A stretch of 64,000 nucleotides of DNA from Lama guanicoe (Eukaryota), in assembly GCA_013239625.1 (NCBI GenBank), contig MU053881.1, positions 5,229,957 through 5,293,956 on the forward strand, given 5' to 3'. Positions 11,326-23,439 of the stretch are shown in pieces; position 1 is the stretch's first letter, and the number at the start of each line of letters is the position of its first letter. The notes beneath the pieces were generated by a model that saw nothing but the letters and a program-made list of their open reading frames with translations, searched no databases and had not been told where the DNA came from. A program made the position numbers and the translations under genes.

Positions 11326-13639
11326 TGCCCTTTATTAATTTTTAACTATTGCTGTTCCTGGGTCAGCTGCTTGGCGACAGGACATTTCTTCTAGAGGAAG
11401 GGAACAGAGTTAGGACATGGGGTGGGCCCAGTGGTGGGAGCCACTTCTCTGGGCCTTGAACACGCATGGCGTCTCCACAGAGCTGGGGTCAGGAGCTGCC
11501 GGGTTTGGGGACCGTGAGCAGGGGACTGGAGGGGTGGTGCCAGCCTGGGTCCCAGTGGTGCCACTACAGTCCAGGTAATTCAGTCCAGGTGAGGAGTGGG
11601 TCACACTGGACAGGCTTGGGATCCTTGGCTTCCTGTCACCCTGGGGTCTTTGCTGCCCTGCACTGGCCCAGAGCATCAGGGGAGTCACTGAGGCTCTGGG
11701 GATGTATGTGCTGTAGCAGGATTCTGAATGAGGGACCCAGGTTGGCAAGGATTTGAGGCAGATTGGGGTCCTGGACCGGTGGAATGTGTGTCCTCCTGGA
11801 CCCCACCTTAATGTGCAGGGCCCTATTTGTCCAGGCGGCCGGGCCACTGGCACCACCACTGGGTGCCGGTGGGCTCCAGGGTTGGGGGGCAGACCGAGGG
11901 CTTCCTCCGGCTCTGACGGGAGATGCTGCAGGGGGAAAGAGTCCAGCTCTGGGCAGTCCCCGGCTTGGATACACACCCAGCCCACAACTGCCCTGCTGGA
12001 GGTCCTTGCACACGTCACATGCCCGCTCTGAGCCTCAGCTCCCTCATCTGTAGAATGAGGACAATAATTCCTAGCGTGGGAATGAAATGAGAAGCAACCT
12101 GGGAAGGGGTCGGCGCAGAGAGGTGGCTCAGTCCAGATGGCTTAGGTTAGAATTACCGCAAGTTTGGAATAAGAGCCCACTTTTTCTCCAAAACACATCT
12201 GTAGGTTAAACTCAATTTGGCTGCATTCTTGAGGCATTGCCAGGAGTCTGGTGAGGCTGGTAACAGCCAGAGAACAGAGATGAATCTTGGCGGGACGAGC
12301 TGGAGTGGTGGGTGGGAGGACGCCACCAAGGGCCACAGCAGGTGCAGAAGGGTGCTGTTTGGATCCTGAGGCCAGGCTAGCTTCTTCAAAATGCCCCTGT
12401 GTTGCCCTTCCTTGGCCATGTGGCTTCTTGTAAGCAACTTCCTTCACGGAGCCTCCGTTTCTCCCCCAGAAAAAATGAGGAGGGGAGGCAGGGTCTGTCT
12501 CCTTGATTACTGGGAAGGGTGAGAGAGGCTTGGTGGCTGCTCTGTTGCCCCAGAGTCTGGCGTGGAGACTGGCTCAGAGCAGGTGGACCACACTCCTTAT
12601 TTATTTAGGGATCCAAGGAGCCACCCCGGCCCATGCTGGAGGCTTCTCACTACGGTCCAGTTGATGCTCAGGAGTTTCCTCATCATTGCTGCCCAGCTGG
12701 AGGGGAGCGGGGAGCTGGGGCACCGATTGGGACTTGGAAAGCCCAGGGTCAGCTTGGGCTGCTGCACTGACCCTTCTAAGGCCTCAGTGTCCTCATCTGT
12801 AAAATGGCCGTGAAAAGATCCGTTTCTGGGTTGTCTGGGAATCAGATGGGATTCTAGTGGGACTGCGACATTCAGGCTGTGGGTGTTGCAATCCTGTAGT
12901 CAGATGCACAGGCCCAGGGTGGCAGTCCAGGATTTGGTCCCGCAGACCAGGGTTCAAATCCTGACTCACCTTCTTACTTACCCTATGATTTCTCCTTATG
13001 ACTCAAAGCAATAGGGACTGAGTGACAGGCCACACTCTTGGGAAACAAGGACCAGGAATACCATCAGAGATAGAGATAGAGAGAGATAAACACCCTCTTC
13101 TCTCTTCCACTCCCCCCGGCCCCGAACAATTACTGGCCCCTGCTTGCTCTGCCCCTACTGTTCCCATAACTGGGTGAAATCTCAAGAGAGTTCTTTAAAA
13201 CTCCGCCCCATGAAGGTCGCTGGAGCTCCCGTGCTGGCTGGCTGGAGAGAAGCAGCAGGTCCAGGTGAGGTGGGAGGAGCCATGTCCGGAGCCAGCAGAG
13301 GGAGGGGCCCTGAGAGCTGGGGCAGGTGGGCCAGGAGTGGATGTCCAGCACCTGGGAGCACTGTTCAGTTCACAGAGCCATTTCCCTTCCCGGCTTCTGA
13401 GCTCCAGTTCAGAGAGGGGAAGAATTTGCCATGTCACACAGCTGGACACGGTGGGCTCCTGCCTGTCGTGGGGCCCCTACAGCTGGGTCCTCCATCGCAC
13501 TGACCCCTCATCTGCAGAGGGAAGAGGCTCCGTAGGCTAAGAGGAAGGAGCCCATGAGAGGAGGTGTGGGTGTCTCCAAGAACCAGCAGTATCCTCCATC
13601 CTCCCAGAGTGCTTAAGAGCAAGGAGCCCTGGGGGAAAA

Positions 13640-13820
13640 GTGCCTGGGTTTGAATCCCAGCTGGGGCACTCACTGCCTGTGACCTTGGGCTAGCCACATG
13701 ACCTCCCTGTGCCTCAGGTTCTATATCTGTAAAACGAGGCAAATGACAGGGACCCCCTGAGAGGGTTGTGAAGATTGAACGAGCAGATAAGCCTGAACCA
13801 TTTACATGGGTGTCTGGTAA
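13640..13820 (+). mobile_element. MIR SINE
   Basis: ctgggtttgaatcccagct...tgtgaccttgggc...ctgtgcctcaggttctatatctgtaaaa. Confidence 0.75.
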
Positions 13821-14769
13821 TGGTTAGGAACACATGCCCCATGGGCAGCCGTGGTTGCACACTCTAACTCCTCCTTTTAAATACATCATAAGCTTCTGTT
13901 CGCGGACTTTGGGTCTGAAATCAACTTCTAAGACTCTATCCTGAGGATGTAATCCCAGATATATAGGGACTAAGCTAAAAAATGTCCAGAGATCTTCAGT
14001 ACACACCGTGTACACCAGCGTATAGTCACAAACACCTCCTGCCACAGGGAAAGTTTAGTTGACATGTGTCACTTAATGGAACCTTACAGAGCTCCTAGCC
14101 GTGATGTTTCCAAAGGGTTTAGAGTCACACGAGGAGGAGGCTTATGTTTAAAGTTATGTGAGAAAGCCTGAAAATAGAACTGTAAACTCAGAATGATGTC
14201 AAGCTTATAAAAACAAAATAAGCGAATACAAAATGTGTCTAAAAGCAAGATGAAAGGAAACCCATCAAAATATGACAAGCCATCACCTCCGAGGAATGAG
14301 GAATATGTGTATATTTCCCCCTGCTTCTATCTGTTGGGAATTTTTAAGTGTTCTATAATGAGCATGTACAAAACTTTTCCAAGGGGAAAGAACTCAATAA
14401 GCCCCTTCTCAAAGACAGTTTTATCTGGGAGTTGAACCTCAGCATGACGGCATGGATTGATCGGGCTGTCAGTTTTCCAGCAATGAGCTGAATGCTGTAG
14501 GATGGGAGTGTGACAGGCAGTGATTACTTCATACGTATTTACTAGGTCCCAGCACTGGGTCAGCTTCCAAGTGTGCAGGGGAAGTGGGTCTGCGGGTTGG
14601 GTCCGGGGGGTGGGTCCTCTTGATACCAAGCTGACGAGGGTACAAAGAAAACCTTCTGGGGACATTGCTGTCTTCGTGATTTTTGCCATATCCAAATGTT
14701 GCCTGTACTATCATTCACTTCAGAGTTTAAAAAAAAAATTGATTTATCTAAAAAATACACAAAAAATCA

Positions 14770-15615
14770 TAAAATAATATCGAGAAAAATTTAAAACCTA
14801 AATGGAAGGGTATAACATACTCATGGATTGAGAGATCCAATATTTTACAATCAATTCTTTGCAAACTGATTTGTAGGTTCAGTGCATACAACCCTAATCA
14901 AATTCCTAACGTGTGTGTGTGTAACTTGGAAAACTGATTGTAAAGTCTATTGGAAACACGAAGGGTGAAGTATAGCCATTTTTTGAAAAAGACTTTTTTT
15001 TGATAAAGAAGAATGAAGTTGAAGGGTTTGCTCTACTGGATACAAAGACCAATTAGAAAGCTAAGTAAGTAAGACAGTGTGGTATCTGTACAAGGATTGA
15101 TAAATAGACCAATGGAATGGAGTCAGATGCCAGACGTATATGGGCAAGTATTTATGACAGATGTCATGCTACCAGGCAGTAGGTGAAGCGGACAGCCTTT
15201 TCAATGACTAGTGCTGGGCCAATTCATATCTATGTAGAGAAAAAAAAGACACTCGATCCCTACCTCACGCCATTTGCAACATCAATTTCAAGGGAACTGT
15301 AGATCTAAGTGTTAAAGGCAAAGCAGTAAAGCTTCTAGGATGTAACATACAAGAATGCCTTCATGACCTCAAAGTGGTGGAAAGATTCTTTACCAAAACA
15401 CAGGACGTGCCGACCATGAAAAAATGGATTGATAAAATTGACTACATTAAAAGTTGACAAAAATTCTTTTTGTCAAAAGATATGAATGAGAAAATTAAAA
15501 AGCAAATTACAGAGTAGGGGAAAATGTATCATGTACATATAACCAACAAAGGACTTACTTGTTTCCAGAATAAACACCGCTACAAATTGTTATGAAAAAG
15601 ACTAACAACTCAACA
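14770..15615 (+). mobile_element. Old L1 (L1M) ORF2 3' portion, left of the Tigger1 insertion
   Basis: A-rich decayed ORF2 sequence (catggattgagagatccaatatt; agacagtgtggtatctg; atagaccaatggaa). It ends in aagactaacaactcaa and resumes after 18180 as taaaaataggcaaaa. Confidence 0.8.
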
Positions 15616-16391
15616 CAGGCACGCCTTGTCTTATTGAGCTTTGCTTTATTGTGTTTCATAGATACTGAGGGGTATTTTATTTTTCATTTTTTTGTTTGTT
15701 TGTTTTTACAAATTGAAGGTTTATAGCAACCCTGTGTCAAAAAAAAAGTCTAACAGAGCTATTATTCCAGCAGCACTTTGGCCCAATTTGTGCTTCTATG
15801 TCATATTTCGCTAATTCTCACAACTGTTATACGTGTTCTGGTGATTTGTGACCAGGGATCTTGGATGTTACTATTACAACTTTTTGGCGTTGCCACAAAC
15901 AGCTACCAGATAAGACAGAGCACTTAATAAATGCTGTGTGTGTTCTGACTGCTCCACCGACCAGCCGGTCCCCTGTCTCTCTTTCTTTTCCTGGGCCTCC
16001 CTATTTCCTGGGACCCAACAATATTGACATTAGGCCAATTAACAGCCCTACAGTGGCCTTTCTAAGTGTTCAAGTGAAAGGAAGAGTCGCATGTCTGTCA
16101 CTTTAAATCAAAATCTAGAAAGGATGAAATGTAGGAAGGAAAGCATATCGAAAGATAAGATAAGCCAAACGCTAGGCCTGTAGTGCCAAACAGCCAAGGA
16201 GAGAAAGAGGAAAAGTTCTTGAAGGAAATTAAAAATGCTACTCCAGTGAACACACAAATGATAAGAAAGCAAAACAGCCTCTCTGCTGATATGGAGAAAG
16301 TTGTAGTGGTTTGGATAGAAAATCAAATCAGCCACAACTTTCCTTAAGCCAAAGCCTGATCTAGTGCAAGGCCCTAACCCTCTGCAAATCT

Positions 16392-17354
16392 ATGAAACCT
16401 GAACGAGGTGGGGAAGCTGCAGAAGGAGAGTTTAAAGCTAGCAGAGGCTGGTTCATGAGGTTTAAGGAAAGAAGCCGTCTCCATGACATAAAAGTGCAAA
16501 GTGAAGCAACAAGTTTTAATGTAGAAGCTGCAGCAAGTTATCCAGAAGCTCTAGCTAAGAGCATTTATGAAACAGCAGATTTTAAATGTAGGTGAAACAG
16601 CCTTCAGTTGGAAGAAGATGCCATGTAAGACTTTCATAGCTGAAGAGGAGAAGTCAATACCTCACTTCAAAGATTTGAAAGACAGGCTGACTCTCTTGCT
16701 GGGGGTTAATGCAGTCGGTGACTTTCAATTGAAGCCAATGATCACTTCCCATTTCGAAAATCCTAGGGCTGTTAAGAACTAGGCAAAATCTACTCTGCCT
16801 CTGTTCTATGAATGGAACAATAAAGCCTGGATGACAGCACATCTGTTTACAACACAGTTTACTGAATATTTTAAGCCCACTGTTGAGACCTACTGCTTGG
16901 GAGAAAAAAAGAAAGATTTGTTCCAAAATATTACTGCTCATGGACAATGTACCTGGTCACCCAAGAGCTCTGATGGAGATGCAAAACAAGATTCATGTTG
17001 TGTTCATGCCTGCTAACACAAAATCCATTCTGCAGCCCTGGGATCAAGGAGTAATTTTGAATATTCAAGTCTTCTTATTTAAGAAATACACTTCATGGGA
17101 CTATAGCTGCCACAGAATGTGATTTTTTTTTTTTGATGGATCTGGGCAAGGACAATTTAAAACATTATGGAAAAGATTCACCATTCCAGATATCATTAAG
17201 AACATTTGTGATTCATGGGAAGAGGCCAAAACACCAGCATAAACAGGAGTTTGGAAGAAAGTTGATTCCAACTCTCACGGACGACTTTGAGGAGTTCAAG
17301 TCTTTAGTGGAGGAAGTCACTGCAGATGTGGTGGAAATAGCGAGACCAAACTAG
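16392..17354 (+). pseudogene. Tigger1 transposase relic (CENP-B-type HTH / DDE_1 fragments), frameshifted
   Basis: Successive ORF fragments in different frames carry recognisable pogo transposase motifs and are separated by stops and frameshifts. Confidence 0.85.
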
Positions 17355-17798
17355 AATGAGAAGTGGAACCTGAAGATGTGACTGACTGGCTGCAATCTCG
17401 TGGTAAAACGGGGATGGATGAGGAGTTGCTTCTTCTGGATGAGCAAAGAAAGTGGTTTCTTGAGACGGAATCTGCTCCTGATGAAGATACTCTGAAGATT
17501 GTTGAAATGACAACAAAGGTTTTAGACTATTAAGCAAACTTAGTTGATAAAGCAGTGGCAGGATTTGAGAGGACTGAAACAGAGACATTGTTTGGGAAAG
17601 GAAGAATCTATCGATGCAGCAAATTTCAGTATTGTCTTATTTTAAGAAATCATCGCAGGCACTGCAAGCTTCAGCAACCACCACCCGGATCAGCCAGCAG
17701 CTGCCGACGTCGAGGCAAGACCCTCCACCAGCAAAAATAGATGACAACTCACTGAAGGCTGAGATGATGGTTAGCACTTTTTTAGCAGTAAAATATTT

Positions 17799-17984
17799 TT
17801 GTTTGCTTGTTTGTTGTTTGAAGGTGGAGGTAACTAAATTTATTTATTTTGTTTGTTTTGTTTTTTTAAGGGGGAGGTAAATGGATTTATTTATTTATTT
17901 ATTTGTAGAGGAGGTACTGGGGATTGAACCCAGGACCTCGTGCGTGCTAAGCATGCACGATGCCACTCAGCTGTACCCTCCCCC
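17799..17984 (-). mobile_element. Vic-1-like SINE inserted in Tigger1, with duplicated tail unit
   Basis: Reverse-complement head GGGGGAGGGTACAGCTGAGTGG, B box GGTTCAATCCC, and two ggaggtaa...tttatttattt tail units. Target-site copies are tagcagtaaaatattt (17783-17798) and tagtaataaattatct (17985-18000). Confidence 0.88.
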
Positions 17985-18180
17985 TAGTAATAAATTATCT
18001 TTAAATTAAAGTATGTACATTTTTTTAGGCATAATGCTATTGCATACTTTATAGACTATAGTATTGTATAAACAAAACTTTTACATGCCCTAGAAAACCA
18101 AAAAATTTGTGTCACTCCCTTTATTGAGATACTGAGATGGTCTGAAACCAAACTCCCAGTATCTCCAAGACATGCCTGTA

Positions 18181-19065
18181 TAAAAATAGGCAAAAAAAAC
18201 CCCCCAAAAGACAAAAAAAAAACCAGGCACTTCACAACAAGAATATTCCAACGGCTGATAAATATATAAAACAGCACTGAATCTCATCAATAATTGGGGA
18301 AATGAAAAATTAAAGTCACAAGATAACCACAGCGCTCCAACCAGATTGGCTAAAATTGAACATTTTGACAACACCAAGAACCAGCGAGGATGTGGAGCCA
18401 CAGGAACCCTCACACGCTGCTGATGGGAGTATAAAGTGGTGCAACCACTTTGGAAGACGATTTGGCAGGATTCAGCGCCATGATTCAGCAAAACCTGCCC
18501 TAGATGCACACTCATCGGAGATGCACACTTATATGAACCTAGAGACCTGCTCGTGAATGTTCACAGCAGTTTTATTCAAAACTGAGAACAACCTAACTGT
18601 CTTCCAAAGGTAGAATGCATCAGTACATTGGGATATATGGATGCAGTGGAACACCGTCCAGTAATGAGAATGAAAGAAGGGCAGCTACACGCACCAACCT
18701 GGATGACTCAGCACCGTCATGTCCCGGGAAAGAAACCAGGCACCCAAGAGGACACGTGACATGACTATTTATGTGACGTTGAAAAACAGGTATGTGAAGG
18801 TCATAAAAGTGGACAGAAAAACAAGATGAGACCATCATAAAACTCAGGTCACCTTTGCACAGGAGGGAGCGGGTGCCAGTTGGGAAGGGTCCAGGGGAGG
18901 GGCTTTTGGAGAGCTAGAAATGTCCTGTTTGGGGACCAGGATGTTTGATTTTTCATAAATGATTGAGCTGCATGTTTTAGTTTTGATGCAAGCTTTAGCT
19001 ACACACAATGGGCTTCTCTGTTCTTGTTATATTTCACAACAAAAAATTTAAAAGGGAAAAAAAAA
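18181..19065 (+). mobile_element. Old L1 (L1ME-like) ORF2 end and 3' UTR, right of the Tigger1 insertion
   Basis: gaggatgtggagccacaggaaccctcacacgctgctgatgggagtataaagtggtgcaaccactttgga is typical L1 ORF2-end sequence. The segment has an A-rich end near 19040-19065. Confidence 0.8.
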
Positions 19066-20384
19066 ACTTTCAGGGCACCAAAGGGAAGGCAATTTGAAAG
19101 AATCCAGCTCCTGAGGGAGCATCTCTGGGGCAAGAAAGCAAGATAGTGTCAGTAAGAAACACAGAGGGCACTGAAGCCTTATTTCATCTAGGCGTCAAAT
19201 GCCTTACCATCTTGGAAATAGAATTCAAAAGAGAGAGGTTGATGCAGAGATGTGCCTTAGCATGTTTACGAACTGGAAAATAAACGCACCTAGTTTTCTG
19301 ACCGAAAGTCAGGCCAGCCTGGCTGCGCAGCTTGGCAGAGATGTTTCGCCATGCTGTTCGATTTGTGAGGTGCAGTTTTCGGGAAAACGAATGAGCAGAA
19401 CCTCCAGCTCCCAGGCTGTGATGAGATCTTATTTAAAGCACTTGGGTATGCAGCATGCTGGAAGTTACACCCTTTCCAACGATTTACCTTTACGATGAAA
19501 ATGTTTAGGAGCCAACTAAAAGTATTTGTGGTTCGTATGTAGTTTTCATAATTCTTTTAGGGTCTCTGTGAGCCCCCAGGGTGAAGACCCCTATCTGCTC
19601 GGGTGTTAGGAAGAGACTGACAGGTGCAGGGAGGCAAGCGGGCCCTCTAGGGGAGGAGAGGCATGGAAGGCCAGCTGTGCTGGGAAGGGGCTGGAGGAGG
19701 CAGAATAGTGGGTGTCTAGTCTGCCAGGGAGCCCTGAAGGGTCACCCCTAGGGGACCGCAGGAGGGGGAGTAGGAAGGGGCCTAGAGCTGGGGAGGCGGA
19801 GTCTGGTGGAGCCAGAAGGAAGAAAAGGCGAGGGTCTGGGAGCCTTTGGAGGAACAGGTGGTCGAGCAGGTGTAGGAGAAGAAAGCAAAGAAAAGGAGCG
19901 TCCTTGGCCCCCCGTTGTGTGTGGCCACAGCTCTTGAAAAGACCCAACAAAGCAGGCCCCCTACTCTGGCAGCTGCCTTGAAAAAGCCTTGTGCCCATCC
20001 ATCTGCCACCAGCTCCCAGCCCCCACTACCGCCAGGGTCTCCCACCAGCCCTGGCCTGTCCTGGCCAGATACGGGGCGGGGGGAGGGGGAGGCGAAAGGC
20101 CACCCTGCCACCTAGCCCTCTGCCCCCCCGGAGACAGAGACCGCTGGGAGTGACTCTGTCCTTCACATCCTCATCAGAAAATTGTCAATACAAAAGATAG
20201 TGGCTACCATAAAAATTAAAATTTCAGGTAGTGCCAACACTAGCAGAAAGATCAAAGTGAAATTGTGCTCTCTCTGGAAGTCGCCGCCGCAGCCAGTTTG
20301 CTGTGCGGTTTTCTGACCTCTTGTCAACTTCTCTCCCATGGGAAATAGCCGGGGTCAGCCAATCGGGATGGGCATTCCCAAGTC

Positions 20385-20475
20385 TGCCACTGCTGTGTGA
20401 CCTCAGACAAGTTCTTTAACTCTCTGAGCCTTATTTCCTCACCTGCTACCTGGGGCTAAGTTTAGTACCAATCTC
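20385..20475 (+). mobile_element. MIR fragment interrupted by the SINE/L1 insertions
   Basis: gctgtgtgacctcagacaagttctttaactctctgagccttatttcctcacctg. Confidence 0.65.
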
Positions 20476-20490
20476 AGAATATTGAGGCAT

Positions 20491-20617
20491 GGGGGGAAGG
20501 TATAGTTCAGTCACAGAATGCATGCCGAGCATGCATGAGGTCCTGGATGTAATACCCAGTACCTCCACTTAAAATAAATAAATAAATAAACTTAATTACC
20601 TCTCCCCCCCACAAAAA
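20491..20617 (+). mobile_element. Vic-1-like SINE with 18-bp target-site duplication
   Basis: GGGGGGAAGGTATAGTTCAGT head and (AAAT)n-cttaattacctctccccccc tail. Flanks are ctcagaatattgaggcat (20473-20490) and ctcaaaatattcatgcat (20618-20635). Confidence 0.88.
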
Positions 20618-20635
20618 CTCAAAATATTCATGCAT

Positions 20636-21212
20636 ATGCTGGAAATTAAGCCCTTGTCGGTCGCATCATTTGCGAATATTTTCTCCCATTCCATCGGTTG
20701 TCTTTTCGTTTTGTTTATGGTTTCCTTTGCTGTGCAAAAGCTTATACATTTAGTTAGGTCCCATTTGTTTATTTTGGCTTTTATTTCTGTTGTCTTGGTA
20801 GACTGACCTAGGAGGACACTGCTACGATTATATCAGAGAATGTTTTGCCTCTGTTCGCTTCTGGCAGGTATATGGTGTCTTGTCTTACGTCTAAGCCTTT
20901 AAGCCATTTCAAGTTTGTTTTTGTGTATGGTGCTGTAAATACTAACTAGTATATAAAAAATAGATGAACAACAAGGACCTACTGCATAGCACAGGGAGCT
21001 ATATTCAATATCTTATAGTAACCTATAAGGAAAAAGGATATGAAAAATATATATATATACACACACACATACGTGTGTATAATTGAATCACTATGCCGTA
21101 TACCGGGGACTAACACAACATTGCAAATCAACTGTACATCAATTTGAAAATAAAAACAGTAAGGAAAGCATTAGCATGCACAGAATAAACAGTTCGAGTT
21201 AAAAAAAAAAAA
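20636..21212. mobile_element. 5'-inverted, truncated L1: antisense ORF2 piece ~20636-20932, sense 3' UTR ~20937-21156, extra tail to 21212
   Basis: Antisense ORF2 (tttgcgaatattttctcccattcc...ggtcccatttgtttatttt) is joined to a laurasiatherian-type L1 3' end (aacaacaaggacctactgcatagcacaggg...cacaacattgcaaatcaactgtacatcaat). Confidence 0.85.
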
Positions 21213-22869
21213 GAATATTGATGCAAATGCTCAGGGTCCTCCATGGCATGAATCCCCACTCCCATCCCTCCTCCACCAAAGTTGAAGGAGGTGGATATGT
21301 CCCCTGGGGAGGGGACTGGAGCAGTCTGAGTCCTGTCCCCTGCCACCCACACACTCAGGGAGCTGAGGTCCCTGCACTAAGGAAGGTCCATTCTAGTGGA
21401 CAAGACAGACAGGAAACCAGGGGGTAATGTCAGGGAATGGAATGAGGGAAAACAAATCAGTAGAATGTGTGCGTGGGAGGGTCTTCCCCGGCCAGGCAGT
21501 CAGGGAAGGCCTCTCTGAGGAGGCGGCCTAGGAGGGAAGCCAGAAGGAAGTCAGGTGGATGTCGGAGGAAGGGTGCACCAGGCAGAGGGGACTGTAAGGG
21601 CGCGAGCTGGGAGGCAGCCCAGTGTGTTTGCAAACAACGTTGGTATCGCCTGGGGAAAGGGAGGCTCTGAAGGACAAAGAACCTCGCTCAAGGCCACCTA
21701 GGAGCTGAGTGGCTGAGCTAAGAGATTTCAACCCAAGTCTCTCTGACCTCAGAGTCCTTGACCCTGAAGCCTCCCCAGCTGAATGCTGGCTGCCTGGCAC
21801 TCCTTACCTTATCAAAAGGTCAAAGTGCTCCCTCTTTCCTAGAAGACTGGGGTGGAGTAGGAGTAGGAGTAGGGTGGGGGTGGGGGGCCAGCACGGGAGG
21901 GTTCCTGCTCAGGCTGGCCCTGCTCAGGGCCCAGTGGAGCCTCCAGGCTCCCTCCAGACTCCTGGCCCTACGGTCCCCCGCTGCCTTTGAGCTGCACCCT
22001 GGGGGAGGGGCTCCAGGACCAGGCATCCCTCTGACCTGTCCCAGCCACTCGGGGCCACCCTGCCAGAGACTGGGGTTCCTGTGTGACCCCACTGGGGCCT
22101 TTGCTGCCTCCTAGGACTCAGACAGCTGAGGGTGCAAAGCCATCTCCAGCCTGGGCTTCCTGCCCATGTAGGTCCCCTCTGGCCTCAGGCGCCCCAGTTG
22201 AGGACCAGGGTCATGGCTGAGTATTAATGAGTGACTGAATGAATGAAGAGGAAGTGACAATGAATGAAAGGGATGTCTGAGCAGACAGGTGGCGTGGAGA
22301 ATGCTGGCAGGCAGGAGGCTCTCTGGGGTTCAGAGATGGGGACAAGTTCAGAAGGGGATGCCAGACTCAGCTGGGCCTCTTTTCGCACCGCCCCCCAGGC
22401 TCGTACACCCATCTGTGAAATGGATCCATTAAGGACACTTGGAACCTTGAGTACCTCTCTCGCTTGCTGGCTCAGTTCTGGTCACTGGCCAAAGGCCGTC
22501 AGGCTCTGAAGGCCCCCAGCTGCACATGAACCTTGCAAACACTCATGAACACAGGATTCTGGCCCTGCAGGGGGCACTTCCATCTTCTCAGCAGCCCACA
22601 CGGTGGGCGTGACTATCCCTGTCTTCTAGGGGTGGAAGCAGCCACTTGGACCTGGCGTCCCAGCACAAGATGACACGGGGGAGCTGGAGCCAGAGTCACT
22701 CCTGGGATTGGACTCCAGAGGCCCCGGATGTGTACTTGCCCCCTGGGGCAGGGCCTCTGAGGCCACAGATCCTTTCCCAGACAAAGCTCATCCTGGCCAG
22801 GTTTCTGCAAATCTGCTCTGACCCTTAGCCCGAGGTGGGGATGGGAAAGGCGGGGGCGATATTGCAGGA

Positions 22870-23130
22870 CCCATCACATGAAAACTGACTGAGGATCCCC
22901 CTATTTTTAGCACCTGAGCTGCATGTACCTGTTTCCCCCCAACTGGGAGCGAAAGCTCAGATAAACATCCGTTCACACGCGCCAAATAATTCCTTAAATA
23001 AAGCAGCTACATTTCGGCATCCCCTGCGCTGGAAATCTATGCTCCTTAGATTTTTAATATCACCTGCAGTCTGCATAATTTTAACCCAAGCGCATTAGCT
23101 GTTGACTGTCTTATTACCTGAGTCACTGTT
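22870..23130. promoter_or_regulatory. Candidate enhancer (MEF2 + E-boxes + AP-1)
   Basis: CTATTTTTAG 22901-22910 directly followed by CACCTG 22911-22916; TCACATGA 22874-22881; TGAGTCA 23119-23125. The sequence is not recognisably repeat-derived. Confidence 0.4.
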
Positions 23131-23439
23131 TGGGGTGTTAGGATTACGGGAACAAACTGGCAGGCTCAGTGGGTGTGGGGGGGGCCTAGTGCTCAATCCT
23201 GATGGTCTGTGTGAGGGATCTGGGTTCTCCTGATCCCTCAGGGAAGGGACGGTCATCACAGTGAGTCCTGCCAGCCACTGAGCTGGGCTTTCTGTGACCA
23301 TTTTTCTCGCAGCCACCAGAGTCGTCACTCTGCAGCACCTTGGCTGAACCTCTCCTGCTGTGTCCCCTTGGTGGAGAAAAGCTCACAAGACCCTCCCTGA
23401 TCTGGCTGCTGCAGACCTTTCCCACCCATTTCCCACCAG

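Larger units (their letters stand above)
15616..18178 (+). mobile_element. Near full-length Tigger1 DNA transposon (TcMar-Tigger) with decayed transposase
   Basis: Termini CAGGCACGCCTTG... and ...CAAGACATGCCTG followed by TA (left TA reads CA). Split ORFs encode pogo-family transposase motifs: [14 protein letters not shown] (16392-16595), DRLTLLLGVNAVGD (16567-16782), [11 protein letters not shown]...QPWDQGVI (16883-17122). Confidence 0.93.

Noticed and set aside
16392..17354. Possible domesticated TIGD1-like gene
   Set aside because: Transposase is broken by multiple stops and frameshifts and retains transposon termini, so it is an ordinary Tigger1 fossil.
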